Below, one piece after another: positions 28,058 to 38,634 of a stretch of DNA of 64,000 nucleotides. The position numbers and the translations under genes were made by a program. Under the pieces are notes generated by a model. That model was not told the origin of the DNA. It saw only the letters and a list, made by a program, of their open reading frames with translations, and did not search any database. The stretch is from Candidatus Moraniibacteriota bacterium (GTDB lineage Bacteria > Patescibacteriota > Minisyncoccia > Moranbacterales > UBA1568). The DNA is taken from NCBI GenBank assembly GCA_052034935.1, contig JBPOIB010000001.1, forward strand, positions 316,348 to 380,347. Reading direction: 5' to 3'. Within the stretch, counting starts at the first letter, position 1, and each line of letters starts with the position of its first letter.

Positions 28058-29866
28058 CTATTTATTCTTCAAGATTTCAAGGAAGGCTTTCGGTGGAATA
28101 TTGACCGTACCGGTATCCTTCATCCGTTTCTTTCCGGCCTTCTGTTTCTCAAGCAGTTTTTTCTTCCGACTGAAGTCTCCGCCATACATATAGCCGGTAA
28201 CATCCTTGCGGAAAGCAGAAATCGTCTCACGCGCAATTACCTTGGCTCCGATTGCCGCCTGGAGCGCTACGGCGAAGTTTTGCCGTGGCAAAATCCCCTT
28301 GAGTTTTTCGACTGTCTTCTTTCCCTCGAGATGAGCCAGCCGTTCAGGAATCATGCGTGAGAATGCATCAATTTTTTCACCGGCGACCAGGATATCGAGT
28401 TTCACCACATCGCTTTCGCGATAGCCAATCGGCTCATAATTCATCGACGCATAGCCGGCGGAAACACTTTTGAGATCATCATGAAAATTCACAATAACAT
28501 CCATGAGCGGCGCTTCGAACGAAAGAAGGACTCGGCCTTCGTCAAGATATTCGGTGTTCTTGTACTCCGATCGGATATTCTGAACCAGACTCATCACATT
28601 CCCCAGATATTCGCTCGGCGCGATAATCGAGAGCGAGACATACGGTTCATAGATCGCTTCGACACCGGCCAGGTCTGGCATATCGGTCGGCGAATAGAGT
28701 AACTCTCTTTCCGGATGGCCTACTAATTTGATTTCATAGACAACCGATGGAGTCGTAATTGTTGGGACGAGATTGAACTCGCGCTCAAGCCGCGCCTGGA
28801 TGATTTCGAGGTGGAGCAATCCGAGAAAACCACAGCGAAAACCGCGTCCGAGAGCCTGATTGCTTTCCGGCTCAAAAACGAAAGCTGCGTCATTCAGCTT
28901 GAGCTTATCCAGAGCGTCGCGCATGAAGGCATAATCCTCGCCATCCGTCGGATACAGGCTCGCGTAGACCGCCGGCTTGATTTCTCGGTAGCCAGGGAGC
29001 GCTTCAACTTTGAGTGCATCCCGGTCTTTCGGTTTCCACGTAATCGTGTCACCGACCCGGCAGTGTGCGACTTCCTTCAATCCAGTCGCGATATAACCGA
29101 TATCACCGGCGACGATGCTCTCTCGCGGTGTGAGCGCCGGCCTGAATGAGCCAACCTCTACCGTGACACTCTCATTCCCGGTTCCGAGAAGATGCAAAAC
29201 ATCGTCACGCTTGATACTGCCGTCAACAACGCGCACATATGCCACGACTCCCTTGTAGGTGTCGTATACCGAATCAAAGATAAGCGCACGCAGTGGGGCA
29301 TCGATATCCCCTCTCGGATGAGGCACTTGATCAATCACCCGTTCGAGCACTTCACGGACACCCTGGCCAGTTTTCCCTGAGGCAAGGAGGATGTCATCCT
29401 CTTTACAACCGATAAGATGGACAATTTCCTTTTTTGCTTTCTCGACCTCCGCGTTCGGGAGATCAATTTTATTCACGACGGGAACAATTTCCAGTCCCTG
29501 TTCAATTGCGAGATACAGATTAGCTAAGGTCTGAGCCTGAACGCCCTTAGTCGCATCAACGAGGAGAATCGCTCCTTCGACCGCCGCGAGTGAGCGAGAG
29601 ACTTCATAGTGGAAATCGACGTGCCCCGGCGTATCGATAAGGTGGAGCAGATATGGTTCGCCCTTGTACTGATATTTCATCTCGACCGGCTGGAGCTTGA
29701 TTGTGATGCCGCGCTCACGCTCAAGATCCATCTGATCGAGTAATTGTTCTTTCATCTTCCGCATCTCGACTGTTTGTGTCAATTCCAAAAGACGGTCTGC
29801 CAGAGTAGACTTGCCGTGGTCGATATGGGCGATGATGCAAAAATTTCGGATGTGCTTTTGGTCCAT
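28058..29866 (-). CDS. lepA: elongation factor 4 (LepA)
   Basis: MDQKHIRNFCIIAHIDHGKSTLADRLL... GTP-binding G1-G4 motifs, LepA-specific C-terminal domain. Confidence 0.93.
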   Translation of the reverse strand: MDQKHIRNFCIIAHIDHGKSTLADRLLELTQTVEMRKMKEQLLDQMDLERERGITIKLQPVEMKYQYKGEPYLLHLIDTPGHVDFHYEVSRSLAAVEGAILLVDATKGVQAQTLANLYLAIEQGLEIVPVVNKIDLPNAEVEKAKKEIVHLIGCKEDDILLASGKTGQGVREVLERVIDQVPHPRGDIDAPLRALIFDSVYDTYKGVVAYVRVVDGSIKRDDVLHLLGTGNESVTVEVGSFRPALTPRESIVAGDIGYIATGLKEVAHCRVGDTITWKPKDRDALKVEALPGYREIKPAVYASLYPTDGEDYAFMRDALDKLKLNDAAFVFEPESNQALGRGFRCGFLGLLHLEIIQARLEREFNLVPTITTPSVVYEIKLVGHPERELLYSPTDMPDLAGVEAIYEPYVSLSIIAPSEYLGNVMSLVQNIRSEYKNTEYLDEGRVLLSFEAPLMDVIVNFHDDLKSVSAGYASMNYEPIGYRESDVVKLDILVAGEKIDAFSRMIPERLAHLEGKKTVEKLKGILPRQNFAVALQAAIGAKVIARETISAFRKDVTGYMYGGDFSRKKKLLEKQKAGKKRMKDTGTVNIPPKAFLEILKNK

Positions 29867-29960
29867 AGTGTATAGTTCAGCGGTTTCGGGCGCCAGACTC
29901 CAATCCTCACTCTAGAAAGCACCTCATGCTAGCAGAATAGTGGTTTCTCCGAAAGAGCGA

Positions 29961-31616
29961 TTACCAATCCCCTTTCTCAGGATGATCCTCGGTCAAGGCG
30001 ACCGTTTCCGGCCGACGGAGCAATCGACACCAGATGAATCGCTTTATCTGTGCATATTCCGGAAGTCTGAAGAAGGCTGAAGCGAATATGTAGGTAGCAG
30101 TACCGATAACAACGCCAAGACCGAGTTTTGCTGCCACCTCGACGAAGGTATCGAGTCGGTCGATGGTGAGCGCGAATATACCCTTGGAGTACTGTGCGAC
30201 AACCGCCGCAAGAAAGGCGACGATAGCGATTTTTATCACGCCAGAAAAAATATCGCGATCATTCCACTCGCTCACCCGGGCCCGAAGCGCTAGGTAGAGG
30301 AGCGAGAAGTTGATGATAGAGCCGATCGAGAAGGCAATCGCAAGACCGGCGACTTCGTAGCGTGGAAGGAGAAATGGGATGAGCGAGAGATGAACCGCTT
30401 CCGCTGCGAGTGCGGCAAAAAGTGGGGTCCGCGTATCTTGAAGAGCGAAGAAAGCTCGGACAAAAAGCGGAACAAGACTCTGGGCAAAGAGCGAGACAGA
30501 AAGCCAGCCTAAGACAGTGAACGTCAGAATAGTATCCTCCCAATTGAACGCTCCCGTCCCTAGGACAATACGGACGATTTCAGCGCGAAAAATGATGAGA
30601 AGAAAAGAGAGCGGCAGTACGAAGTACAATATTCGTTTGACTGTTTGGGAAAATATCTTGAAGAACTCTGCGTACTCTTTTTTGGCAGCGAGGGTCGAAA
30701 GAACAGGGAACGAAGCGAGTGAAAAAGCGATGCCGAACAGGCCAAGTGGGATGCTCTGGATATTTATCGCCAGAGTGAACGCAGCCAGGCTTCCGGAAAC
30801 GAGCGTGGAGGCGAAGATTGTTACGATTACCAAACTCACTTGATTGACAGCGACCGCAAGAGACCGCGGTATCATGAGTCGCACGACTCTTCGCAATGCC
30901 TCATCACGCCAGGCACGAGCAAGAGGGATAGTGTGCATGTTATATCCTGCCCGCCGAAAAGCAGGAATCTGCACCATCATATGGAGAAAAGCGCCAAAAA
31001 CGACTCCCCAAGCGAGGCCAATCGGCCCAAAAAAAGGAAACAGAGCGAGAATACCGAAGATGATACCGAGATTATAAAATACCGGAGCAAACGAATAGGC
31101 GAGAAACTGTTTGAAGGACACGAGCACGCCCCCAAGTACAGCTGAAACCGCGAGAAAAATTGGCGAGAGCAGCATGACTCGCGTCAGAAGAGCGACCAAC
31201 TCCTGCTTCTCCGGACCAAATCCAGGCGCTATCCAAACGGCAATTTTCGGTGCGAAGATGATGCCGAGAAGTGCGGCTCCGCCCAAGAAGATGACAAGCC
31301 ATTGAAGTGCTCCTTGAACAAGTCGCCAGGCCTGCTCGCGCTTATCATGCGCGATAAGTTCCGCGAATACGGGTATGAACGCGGCAGAGAGCGCTCCTAA
31401 GACGAGAAATCCATAGATCAGGTCAGGCAGCCGGAAGGCAGCGTAGTAGGCGTCGAGAATATCTCCGGCGCCGAAGGAGGACGCCAAGAGGCGATCACGG
31501 ATGAATCCGAGAATACGGCTCGCGATGCCGGCGAGCGCAATAACAAAAGCGGCGCCGCCGAGAGTTTCAATCGGGCGCTCGCTCCACTGCCACAAGCGTC
31601 GCGCAATACGTATCAC
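29961..31616 (-). CDS. murJ: lipid II flippase MurJ (MviN family)
   Basis: 551 aa, 14 predicted TM helices, MurJ N-terminal pattern (LGALSAAFIPVFAEL, RRAGYNM...). Confidence 0.78.
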   Translation of the reverse strand: MIRIARRLWQWSERPIETLGGAAFVIALAGIASRILGFIRDRLLASSFGAGDILDAYYAAFRLPDLIYGFLVLGALSAAFIPVFAELIAHDKREQAWRLVQGALQWLVIFLGGAALLGIIFAPKIAVWIAPGFGPEKQELVALLTRVMLLSPIFLAVSAVLGGVLVSFKQFLAYSFAPVFYNLGIIFGILALFPFFGPIGLAWGVVFGAFLHMMVQIPAFRRAGYNMHTIPLARAWRDEALRRVVRLMIPRSLAVAVNQVSLVIVTIFASTLVSGSLAAFTLAINIQSIPLGLFGIAFSLASFPVLSTLAAKKEYAEFFKIFSQTVKRILYFVLPLSFLLIIFRAEIVRIVLGTGAFNWEDTILTFTVLGWLSVSLFAQSLVPLFVRAFFALQDTRTPLFAALAAEAVHLSLIPFLLPRYEVAGLAIAFSIGSIINFSLLYLALRARVSEWNDRDIFSGVIKIAIVAFLAAVVAQYSKGIFALTIDRLDTFVEVAAKLGLGVVIGTATYIFASAFFRLPEYAQIKRFIWCRLLRRPETVALTEDHPEKGDW

Positions 31617-31637
31617 AAATCAAAAAGTCAGTGTCTA

Positions 31638-33617
31638 TTAAGATCCCGAATCAGCCTGTTTTCCGAAAACGACTCCCCAATAGAAATCACGGGAAAGCGT
31701 GCGTTCCGACTGAAATGTACGCTGGTACGGTATCAAATTTTCCGGCGTCTGCCAAACCGGAATGAACGATTCCGGATACCGAATAATTGCCTTCAGGTTC
31801 GAGCCGTTCGAACCTGATTGCTTCTGATACAGCACCGAATATCCTATCGCTCCAGCCGCTTCTCCCATGGATGGGTCGACACGGAATGGTAGCTCATACG
31901 TATAGCGGACAGTTACCGACTCACCCGGACTGACATAGACCCAGTTCCCAAAAACAGTCTTGCCGGCATCGGTCGAAATTCTGGTTCCACTCGTCTCATC
32001 AATGACTGTTTCTCGCTCTTCCCGCTCTATTTCTGGATCGCGACGAAAACCGAGAGCGGTGTAGTCAAGTGGTGGTTCAGGGAATTCTCTGGTCATGCCA
32101 TCAGCCGAAAGAAGCTTTGAGCCGAGCGGGACATACACTCGGAGATAATCAGCATTAACCTTGTTCCACCACTCATACGGAGTCTGGCCACCATTATGCT
32201 TGCGCGTGATAATCACTGTATCGATCACCTTGCCATCCGGGTGTATCTCGGCCTCATGCCAAATCTCTTCTTCGATAACACCATCCGTTTTATATCCATT
32301 GATGTTGGAGTGAATCACTGATACATAGTCATGGGGTGCAGAAAGCACTTCCCCCGACCAGCCAGCCGCACGGATAAGTCGCTCCATGTCAGGATTCTTC
32401 GAATACATCAGGATATGCCGCTCATTGAGGAGATCGGCCAGACTGTTGCCGAGCTCCCACGTTTCTTTCGGGTGACCGAAAGAAAGAAATCTCTGCAAAA
32501 GAACTTCCATCACATCACCAAGTATCCGTTTTGGTTCATTCTCTTCCTTGTCGTACCCGACCTCCACTTCCTCCTGGATGATGGAGATAAAGTTTTCGGT
32601 ATCGATAGTCACACCGTACTCCGGCAAACTTACCGGCCCCACCAGTTCAAGCACGCGCTTCAACACCTCTGGTGTCAGAGTGATGATTCCATCAACTGTC
32701 GGACCGCCGGTCTTCTCATAGAAAAACATGGCTTTCTCGGCCGATGTCGGAAAATCAGGGAACCAGTTGCTATCATGCAGGCTCCAGCCGGCACTAATTT
32801 TTTGAATCGGCTTCGGCGGTACAATATTCTCCTTCAACTGCCCGTCGGGATTAAATATTCCATCGACGAAAAAACGACGGAGCTTTCCGGCGTTCACATC
32901 GAGCAGCGCATAGCTTCCGATAAATCCTCCGGTCGCACGAAGCTCATGATTATTCTGAAAAAGAAAAAGGTAAGTTCTCGGTCCATGAGCACCGAGCATT
33001 TCAGCAAAAAGTGACTGATGCTCGACATAGTTTCCGAGTAGAGCAACCGCAAGCGGCAATGCTTTATTCAGTGTAGAGTATTGGGGCTGAAACTCTCTAG
33101 GAATAACCGACGGATTAATCCGGCCGATTGCTCGCTCTGTCCGAACGAGGTACTCATGCGCGCGCGAAGCATCAAGCTTTGTCGACTCGAAAAGATCAAG
33201 CATGGATAGGGTGTCGTTCCCTGCTATACTGTTTGTCTGCATGACTCTTTCGGCCAAGGAAAGGCCCGCGAAGGCGGCTTCGATTCCATCCGATCCAGAA
33301 GAAAAGACCGCTTCCGCAGCAAGAAGATGAGAACAGCCAGGAATACTCGAACAACCTTTCGGTATCAATGCGATCGGAGAGAGCCAGAAAGCACCTCGGT
33401 CGAATATCTTTTGCGAAACCTGAAGATGTTTCCGGCTCGCTGTAAAATCTTCGCGCCGCATACTCTCGACAGCACTCCCTATCGACAGGATGCCTCTCTC
33501 AAGCTCATTTTTTAAAATACTCACCAGGCACCAGCCAAGAACAATAAAAGAAAGGATCACAGCGAATGCCACGATTGCTTTGCGCGGATATCGGGATGAC
33601 TTCTGGTAACGAGACAT
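31638..33617 (-). CDS. hypothetical large exported protein with N-terminal TM anchor (659 aa)
   Basis: Single N-terminal helix (IVAFAVILSFIVLGWCLVSIL), the rest soluble; no catalytic motif recognised; sits between murJ and a GT4 glycosyltransferase. Confidence 0.5.
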   Translation of the reverse strand: MSRYQKSSRYPRKAIVAFAVILSFIVLGWCLVSILKNELERGILSIGSAVESMRREDFTASRKHLQVSQKIFDRGAFWLSPIALIPKGCSSIPGCSHLLAAEAVFSSGSDGIEAAFAGLSLAERVMQTNSIAGNDTLSMLDLFESTKLDASRAHEYLVRTERAIGRINPSVIPREFQPQYSTLNKALPLAVALLGNYVEHQSLFAEMLGAHGPRTYLFLFQNNHELRATGGFIGSYALLDVNAGKLRRFFVDGIFNPDGQLKENIVPPKPIQKISAGWSLHDSNWFPDFPTSAEKAMFFYEKTGGPTVDGIITLTPEVLKRVLELVGPVSLPEYGVTIDTENFISIIQEEVEVGYDKEENEPKRILGDVMEVLLQRFLSFGHPKETWELGNSLADLLNERHILMYSKNPDMERLIRAAGWSGEVLSAPHDYVSVIHSNINGYKTDGVIEEEIWHEAEIHPDGKVIDTVIITRKHNGGQTPYEWWNKVNADYLRVYVPLGSKLLSADGMTREFPEPPLDYTALGFRRDPEIEREERETVIDETSGTRISTDAGKTVFGNWVYVSPGESVTVRYTYELPFRVDPSMGEAAGAIGYSVLYQKQSGSNGSNLKAIIRYPESFIPVWQTPENLIPYQRTFQSERTLSRDFYWGVVFGKQADSGS

Positions 33618-33675
33618 GGGGAATGATTATAATGACGCTGGTTCGGTAAAGCTCCTCATGAGCAGACCCACTTCT

Positions 33676-34833
33676 TTAGTATCGTCTCGAATGAGCCGTC
33701 TCGTAAAGGCGGAAGGTTTCTTCGGCCATTTTTTTCCAGGAGAACTTTCCCACTCGATGCCATCGCACTTTCCGAGAAACAACAACCTCCTCATAAAGCG
33801 CACGGCGGAGTGCCTCAGCACAGCTCCCGGCTGACCGGGGATCGAAATAATAGGCCGCATCCCCATAAATTTCAGTGAGAGATCCAGCTTCTGCAGCAAC
33901 TACTGGCGTACCATACGTCATCGCTTCAAGTCCGGGAAGGCCGAAACCCTCGTACAGCGACGGGAAGAAATACACACTGGCCCGGCGATAGAGAGCGCCG
34001 AGCGATCGGTCATCGAGATAGTTAGCGAACCGTATATTCGTACAGTCTGCTGATGTGACGTCTCGCTTGAAAGCGCGATAGAAAAAATCTTCTTTTCCAA
34101 CCAAAAGAAATTCGTACTGAGGAAACTTGGCCGCCGTCTCAATGAGCAGCCTGAGATTTTTGTGTGGATAAGCATTACCAACATAGAGAATAAATGGCTT
34201 CATCGTCACATCTTCGCCATCGTGTCCGGACCCATACAACCCTAACGAAGTGAAGAGATTCCTTTCGCTTTTCGGATCAAGCCAGAAGCAGAAGTCATCT
34301 GCTGCTTCGAGCGTCACCGTCACTTTTTCTCTCGCTGCTGGATATACCGTCTCGAGATCTGATTTGGTAAATTGAGAAACGGCAATAATAGCTCGGGAGC
34401 GCCAAACTGCATGTGCGATCACAACCCGGTAAGCTATATATTTGATCCAGTAGAGAAACGGCGATAATTCAGTCGCTTTTACCGTCGGATAGTGAAGCAG
34501 GATCAAATCATGAATCGTTACTATGAACGGTATTGTTACAAATAACGGAACGTTGAAATGAGGAAAATGCATGAGGTCGAGCCGGTGTTCCGCGATGAGC
34601 CGCGGAAAGAGAATCTGTTCTCTCCACCCGTACCACGGATAGTCCGCCAGAACCTTGATGAAGTTCTCTCGTTTCGACTGGTATTCATCGAAGTTCTCGC
34701 GGCGAAGAAAAATGAAAAACGTATGATCCGCACTGCCCGGTATGGATTCGAGGTGAGTAATGAGTTTTTCCGTATATCGGCCAAGACCCTTGCCAAGAGA
34801 TCCGTAGAAACGAGCATCGATACCAATCCGCAT
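33676..34833 (-). CDS. glycosyltransferase family 4 (GT-B, glycos_transf_1)
   Basis: C-terminal EGFGLPGLEAMTYGTPVVAAEAGSLTEI (E-X7-E region) typical of GT4 retaining transferases. Confidence 0.82.
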   Translation of the reverse strand: MRIGIDARFYGSLGKGLGRYTEKLITHLESIPGSADHTFFIFLRRENFDEYQSKRENFIKVLADYPWYGWREQILFPRLIAEHRLDLMHFPHFNVPLFVTIPFIVTIHDLILLHYPTVKATELSPFLYWIKYIAYRVVIAHAVWRSRAIIAVSQFTKSDLETVYPAAREKVTVTLEAADDFCFWLDPKSERNLFTSLGLYGSGHDGEDVTMKPFILYVGNAYPHKNLRLLIETAAKFPQYEFLLVGKEDFFYRAFKRDVTSADCTNIRFANYLDDRSLGALYRRASVYFFPSLYEGFGLPGLEAMTYGTPVVAAEAGSLTEIYGDAAYYFDPRSAGSCAEALRRALYEEVVVSRKVRWHRVGKFSWKKMAEETFRLYETAHSRRY

Positions 34834-34842
34834 AAGGCTGGC

Positions 34843-35568
34843 CTATGAATGTTTTTCTGCAATACCTGATTTTTCTCCCAGATGGAACGGTGAGTGATTC
34901 ACTGTAAAGACAAATAGGGCCTGCGCGGCTAAAATTTGAAAAATGCCAGTTTCCTCAAGCCGATTTTTCATCTTATGAAAGATAATGAAAGCCGTGACGC
35001 CCGAAGCGTCTTCCGGCGATCGGACGAAAAGAAGCCGACCCTCTTCCCAGAGATATTTTTTCGTTTCAAGTAGCGATTGTCCATCCAGGCTCTGAAGCCG
35101 CTCGATATGCTCGCCATCTCCGACGACATACTGCTCGATGAGTTCGCCACTTTCGGTCGAGACGAAATACAAGCCAACGCAATCTGATTGAGCGAGAAGC
35201 CCTGTCGCATCAATAATCGGATCATAGAGCTCCTTGCCCGTCTTTTCAAAAATCGTCGCTTTAGATTGCGGCAGCGAAACGACCATGTTTTTCACGATAT
35301 CGATCCGACGATTCATCTCACCGATATATGAATATGACTGGGAGAGATCTTTCCTGATCTGGTTCGCTTCCTGCTGCAGGGAAAGCTTTTCCCTGACCGC
35401 TCGCAAGAAGGCTGATTCTTTGCCGAGATACAAGAGGAGGCCGAGCATGCCAAAGCAGAAGATGAGCAGCGACTCAAAATCATCCTCGCTGAAGAAGAGC
35501 ACTCCTTCCCCGATAAACTCGGGAGTGACAATCATGCAGAGGAAGAGGATGAGGTAGGCCCAGTACAT
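34843..35568 (-). CDS. hypothetical membrane protein (241 aa)
   Basis: Two N-terminal TM helices, coiled-coil-like middle, C-terminal domain; no family recognised. Confidence 0.45.
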   Translation of the reverse strand: MYWAYLILFLCMIVTPEFIGEGVLFFSEDDFESLLIFCFGMLGLLLYLGKESAFLRAVREKLSLQQEANQIRKDLSQSYSYIGEMNRRIDIVKNMVVSLPQSKATIFEKTGKELYDPIIDATGLLAQSDCVGLYFVSTESGELIEQYVVGDGEHIERLQSLDGQSLLETKKYLWEEGRLLFVRSPEDASGVTAFIIFHKMKNRLEETGIFQILAAQALFVFTVNHSPFHLGEKSGIAEKHS

Positions 35569-35618
35569 TATATAGACGAAGCGAACAGTGCGAATTATCG
35601 TGAGAAATTAAGACCTCT

Positions 35619-36509
35619 TTATTTGCCCGAGCTATCAAGCAGCTCTCGCATATGAGCTCTGACTTGTTCGCCGATATCCGGACGCTCGACCGCGTAAGAG
35701 AGAATAGCTGTCATATAGTTGAGAGGATCGCCAGTAGTCATCCACTGGCCATTTTCAACCGACTTGGCGTAAAAAGTCCCTCCGCCGGCGATGTAATTAT
35801 GAATCGCATCTACCAACCAGAGCTCATTCCCCTTACCGAGGGACGTAGAACGGAGAATATCGATGATTTCTTGATTCAAGATATACCGACCAAAGCCAGC
35901 AAGACGTGAAGGAGCCTCCTCCTGGGTCGGCTTTTCGATGATATTGCGGACCCGCATTGTCTCCGGATCGACATCGACGATACCGTATTTAGAAACTTCG
36001 CTCTCCAGCACCTCCTGAACACCCAGCATCGGTTGACCATGCCGATTATACTCATCGACCATCTGTTTGGTGAAGGAGACCTCCGATTTCACGAGATCAT
36101 CGCCGAAGCAGTAGATGAACGGCTCATCGTCAACGAGGCTCGCAGCCGAAAGCACTGGCGTCCCATTACCGTACGGACCTTTCTGGCGGACATGGACGAA
36201 GTTGGCCATTTCAGCGACCCGATGGACCTGATCGTAGCGATCCTGCTTCCCATTCTTCAATAGATCATCCTCGAGAGCAGTCGAGTAGTCGAAATGGTCC
36301 TCGAGCGGTTTCTTATCCCAGCGCGTAACGAAAATAATATCTTCGATACCAGCCTCTACGAGCTCTTCCACCACCAGCTGAATGATCGGCTTATCGACGA
36401 TTGGAAGCATTTCCTTCGGCATGGATTTCGTCGCTGGCAAGAGCCGTGTGCCGCTTCCCGCGACAGCAATAATCGCTTTCTTGATTTTCTTCGGTGCTGT
36501 ATCTGTCAT
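35619..36509 (-). CDS. galU: UTP--glucose-1-phosphate uridylyltransferase
   Basis: AIIAVAGSGTRLLPATKSMPKEMLPIVDKPIIQ, the GalU signature; 296 aa. Confidence 0.88.
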   Translation of the reverse strand: MTDTAPKKIKKAIIAVAGSGTRLLPATKSMPKEMLPIVDKPIIQLVVEELVEAGIEDIIFVTRWDKKPLEDHFDYSTALEDDLLKNGKQDRYDQVHRVAEMANFVHVRQKGPYGNGTPVLSAASLVDDEPFIYCFGDDLVKSEVSFTKQMVDEYNRHGQPMLGVQEVLESEVSKYGIVDVDPETMRVRNIIEKPTQEEAPSRLAGFGRYILNQEIIDILRSTSLGKGNELWLVDAIHNYIAGGGTFYAKSVENGQWMTTGDPLNYMTAILSYAVERPDIGEQVRAHMRELLDSSGK

Positions 36510-36536
36510 AGTGCGCGTTTTAGAGGTTAAGGGGAT

Positions 36537-37340
36537 TTAGAGCGAAACGATGCGTTTGAACTCCTCGTTGAACTCGATGAGCGCTTCGCTGATCATCGGA
36601 TGGAAACGGTCACGGAATCTCTTCTCACGAACGAAATTACTCGCATCGAGAAGCGAATCATGCGTGCCAACATCGAACCAGGCTCCATCGATACGCCGGA
36701 CATCGAGTGCATCCTTGCCAAGATAATGGCGATGAAGATCGGTAATCTCAAGCTCCCCTCGTCCAGACGGCTGAAGTGATTTGGCAACCGCTACCACTTC
36801 CGCATCATAGATATAGAGTCCGGGAATAGCGAAATTGCTTTTCGGGACCTCCGGCTTCTCCTCGATCGAGATGACACGCCCAGTTTCGTTCTCGAATTCC
36901 ACCACGCCGAAACGTTCCGGATCCGGCACCTCCTTGGCAAAAATACGGCCGCCCCGCTCGAAACTTTTGATTGCCTCGATAAAGTCTCCCTCGAAGAGAT
37001 TGTCACCGAGAATCATCGTCACCGGACCGTTGTCGATGAAATCCTCGCCGAGAATGAAGGCCTCCGCTAATCCGCGCGGCTCCTTCTGAACGACGAATGA
37101 GATATTCACCCCCTGTTTCCGAAGCAATGATCCGAGCAGATTGAGATAGGTCCCTGCATGCTCCGGCGACACGATGATCAGGATATCCTTAATGCCAGCA
37201 GAAACGAGGGTATTCAGCGGATAGAAAATCATCGGCCGATCATAGACCGGTAAGAGTTGCTTCGAAGCGATTGCCGTCAGCGGGAGCAAGCGGGTGCCGT
37301 TGCCGCCGGCGAGGATGATTCCTTTCATAGAACGTTTCAT
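36537..37340 (-). CDS. rmlA: glucose-1-phosphate thymidylyltransferase-like sugar nucleotidyltransferase
   Basis: GIILAGGNGTRLLPLT...KQLLPVYDRPMIFYPL, the RmlA/short-form NTP-transferase fold; 267 aa is short, so substrate specificity is inferred from context (rmlBCD nearby). Confidence 0.65.
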   Translation of the reverse strand: MKRSMKGIILAGGNGTRLLPLTAIASKQLLPVYDRPMIFYPLNTLVSAGIKDILIIVSPEHAGTYLNLLGSLLRKQGVNISFVVQKEPRGLAEAFILGEDFIDNGPVTMILGDNLFEGDFIEAIKSFERGGRIFAKEVPDPERFGVVEFENETGRVISIEEKPEVPKSNFAIPGLYIYDAEVVAVAKSLQPSGRGELEITDLHRHYLGKDALDVRRIDGAWFDVGTHDSLLDASNFVREKRFRDRFHPMISEALIEFNEEFKRIVSL

Positions 37341-38600
37341 TTATCGATACACTGGAAACGCTTTGCAGAGTCTCTTCACTTCCATAGCAAGTCGTTTCAG
37401 CGTCCGGATATCGCCTTTAGCCCGAAGCGCCGCATCGATGACTCGCGCAATTTGCCTCACCTCTTTCTCTTTCATGCCGCGCGTCGTAAGGGCCGGTACG
37501 CCGATGCGCAGACCCGAAGGATCAATCGGTCCGCGCGGATCATTCGGTATGACGTTCTTATTGACCGTAATGCCGATGCTATCGAGCAGCGTCTCACCCT
37601 CCTTGCCGGTCACCCCGTGGCTTTTCACTACATCGATCAGCACCATATGATTTTCCGTCTTGCCGAAAACGATCGTGAAGCCGAGTGCTCGGAATTCTTC
37701 CTCGAGGGCCTTGGCATTCTTCAGGACTTGTTTTCCATAGGTCCGGAAAGATGGCTTGAGCGCCTCGCCGAAGGCCACAGCTTTGGCGGCAACCACCTGC
37801 ATATGCGGACCGCCCTGCGTTCCGGGAAAGACCGCTTTGTCGATCAGTTTAGCTATCGACTCGCGACAGAGAATGATGCCGCCGCGTGGTCCGCGGAGCG
37901 ACTTGTGTGTCGTTGCTGTGACGACATCGAAGTACGGGACCGGATTCGGAAGCGCTTTAGCGGCGACCAGACCGGCGATATGGGCCATGTCCATCATCGC
38001 ATAGGCTTTCACCTTCTTCGCGATGGCGGAAAATCTCGCATAATCAAGCTGTCGCGTATAGGAAGAGAATCCGGCCAAGAGAAGCTTCGGCTTTTCTTTC
38101 AGAGCGAGCGCCTCGAGCTTCTTGTAGTCGATCGTCCCATCCGGCTCAGTCTCGTAACGCACGAAACGGTAAACTTTAGCCGGTAAGGTGACCGGGTGGC
38201 CATGCGTCAGATGCCCGCCGTGGGACAGGTCCATGCCGAGCACGGTGTCGCCTGGCTCAAGGAGCGCCGCATAGACAGCGAGATTGGCCTGCGCACCGGA
38301 ATGCGGCTGGACATTGGCATGCTCCGCATCGAAAAGCTTCTTCGCACGATCAATCGCAAGCACCTCCACTTGGTCAGTATATGTCTGACCGCCGTAGTAG
38401 CGCTTACCCGGATAGCCCTCGGAATACTTGTTGGTCAGGGTTGTTCCAAGTGTCTCCAGCACGGACCTTGAGACGTAGTTCTCGGACGCGATCATTTCGA
38501 TTCCCTCCTCTTCGCGCTTCACCTCACCCATGACCGCCTTCCACACCGCCGGATCAGATTTCTTCAGATTTTTGTAGTCGAACATACGCGGAAATATCAA
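37341..38600 (-). CDS. glyA: serine hydroxymethyltransferase
   Basis: PLP-lysine region TTHKSLRGPRGG; 419 aa. Confidence 0.93.
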   Translation of the reverse strand: MIFPRMFDYKNLKKSDPAVWKAVMGEVKREEEGIEMIASENYVSRSVLETLGTTLTNKYSEGYPGKRYYGGQTYTDQVEVLAIDRAKKLFDAEHANVQPHSGAQANLAVYAALLEPGDTVLGMDLSHGGHLTHGHPVTLPAKVYRFVRYETEPDGTIDYKKLEALALKEKPKLLLAGFSSYTRQLDYARFSAIAKKVKAYAMMDMAHIAGLVAAKALPNPVPYFDVVTATTHKSLRGPRGGIILCRESIAKLIDKAVFPGTQGGPHMQVVAAKAVAFGEALKPSFRTYGKQVLKNAKALEEEFRALGFTIVFGKTENHMVLIDVVKSHGVTGKEGETLLDSIGITVNKNVIPNDPRGPIDPSGLRIGVPALTTRGMKEKEVRQIARVIDAALRAKGDIRTLKRLAMEVKRLCKAFPVYR

Positions 38601-38634
38601 TGGCTCAGAAAATCAGTCATCTCGCCAAAAAAGA

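Noticed and set aside
32331-33014. 227-aa ORF on the plus strand
   Set aside because: Antisense to the 659-aa hypothetical gene; the minus-strand ORF is far longer and has a signal anchor.
37257-38186. 309-aa ORF on the plus strand
   Set aside because: Antisense to glyA (and the rmlA end); glyA identification is unambiguous.
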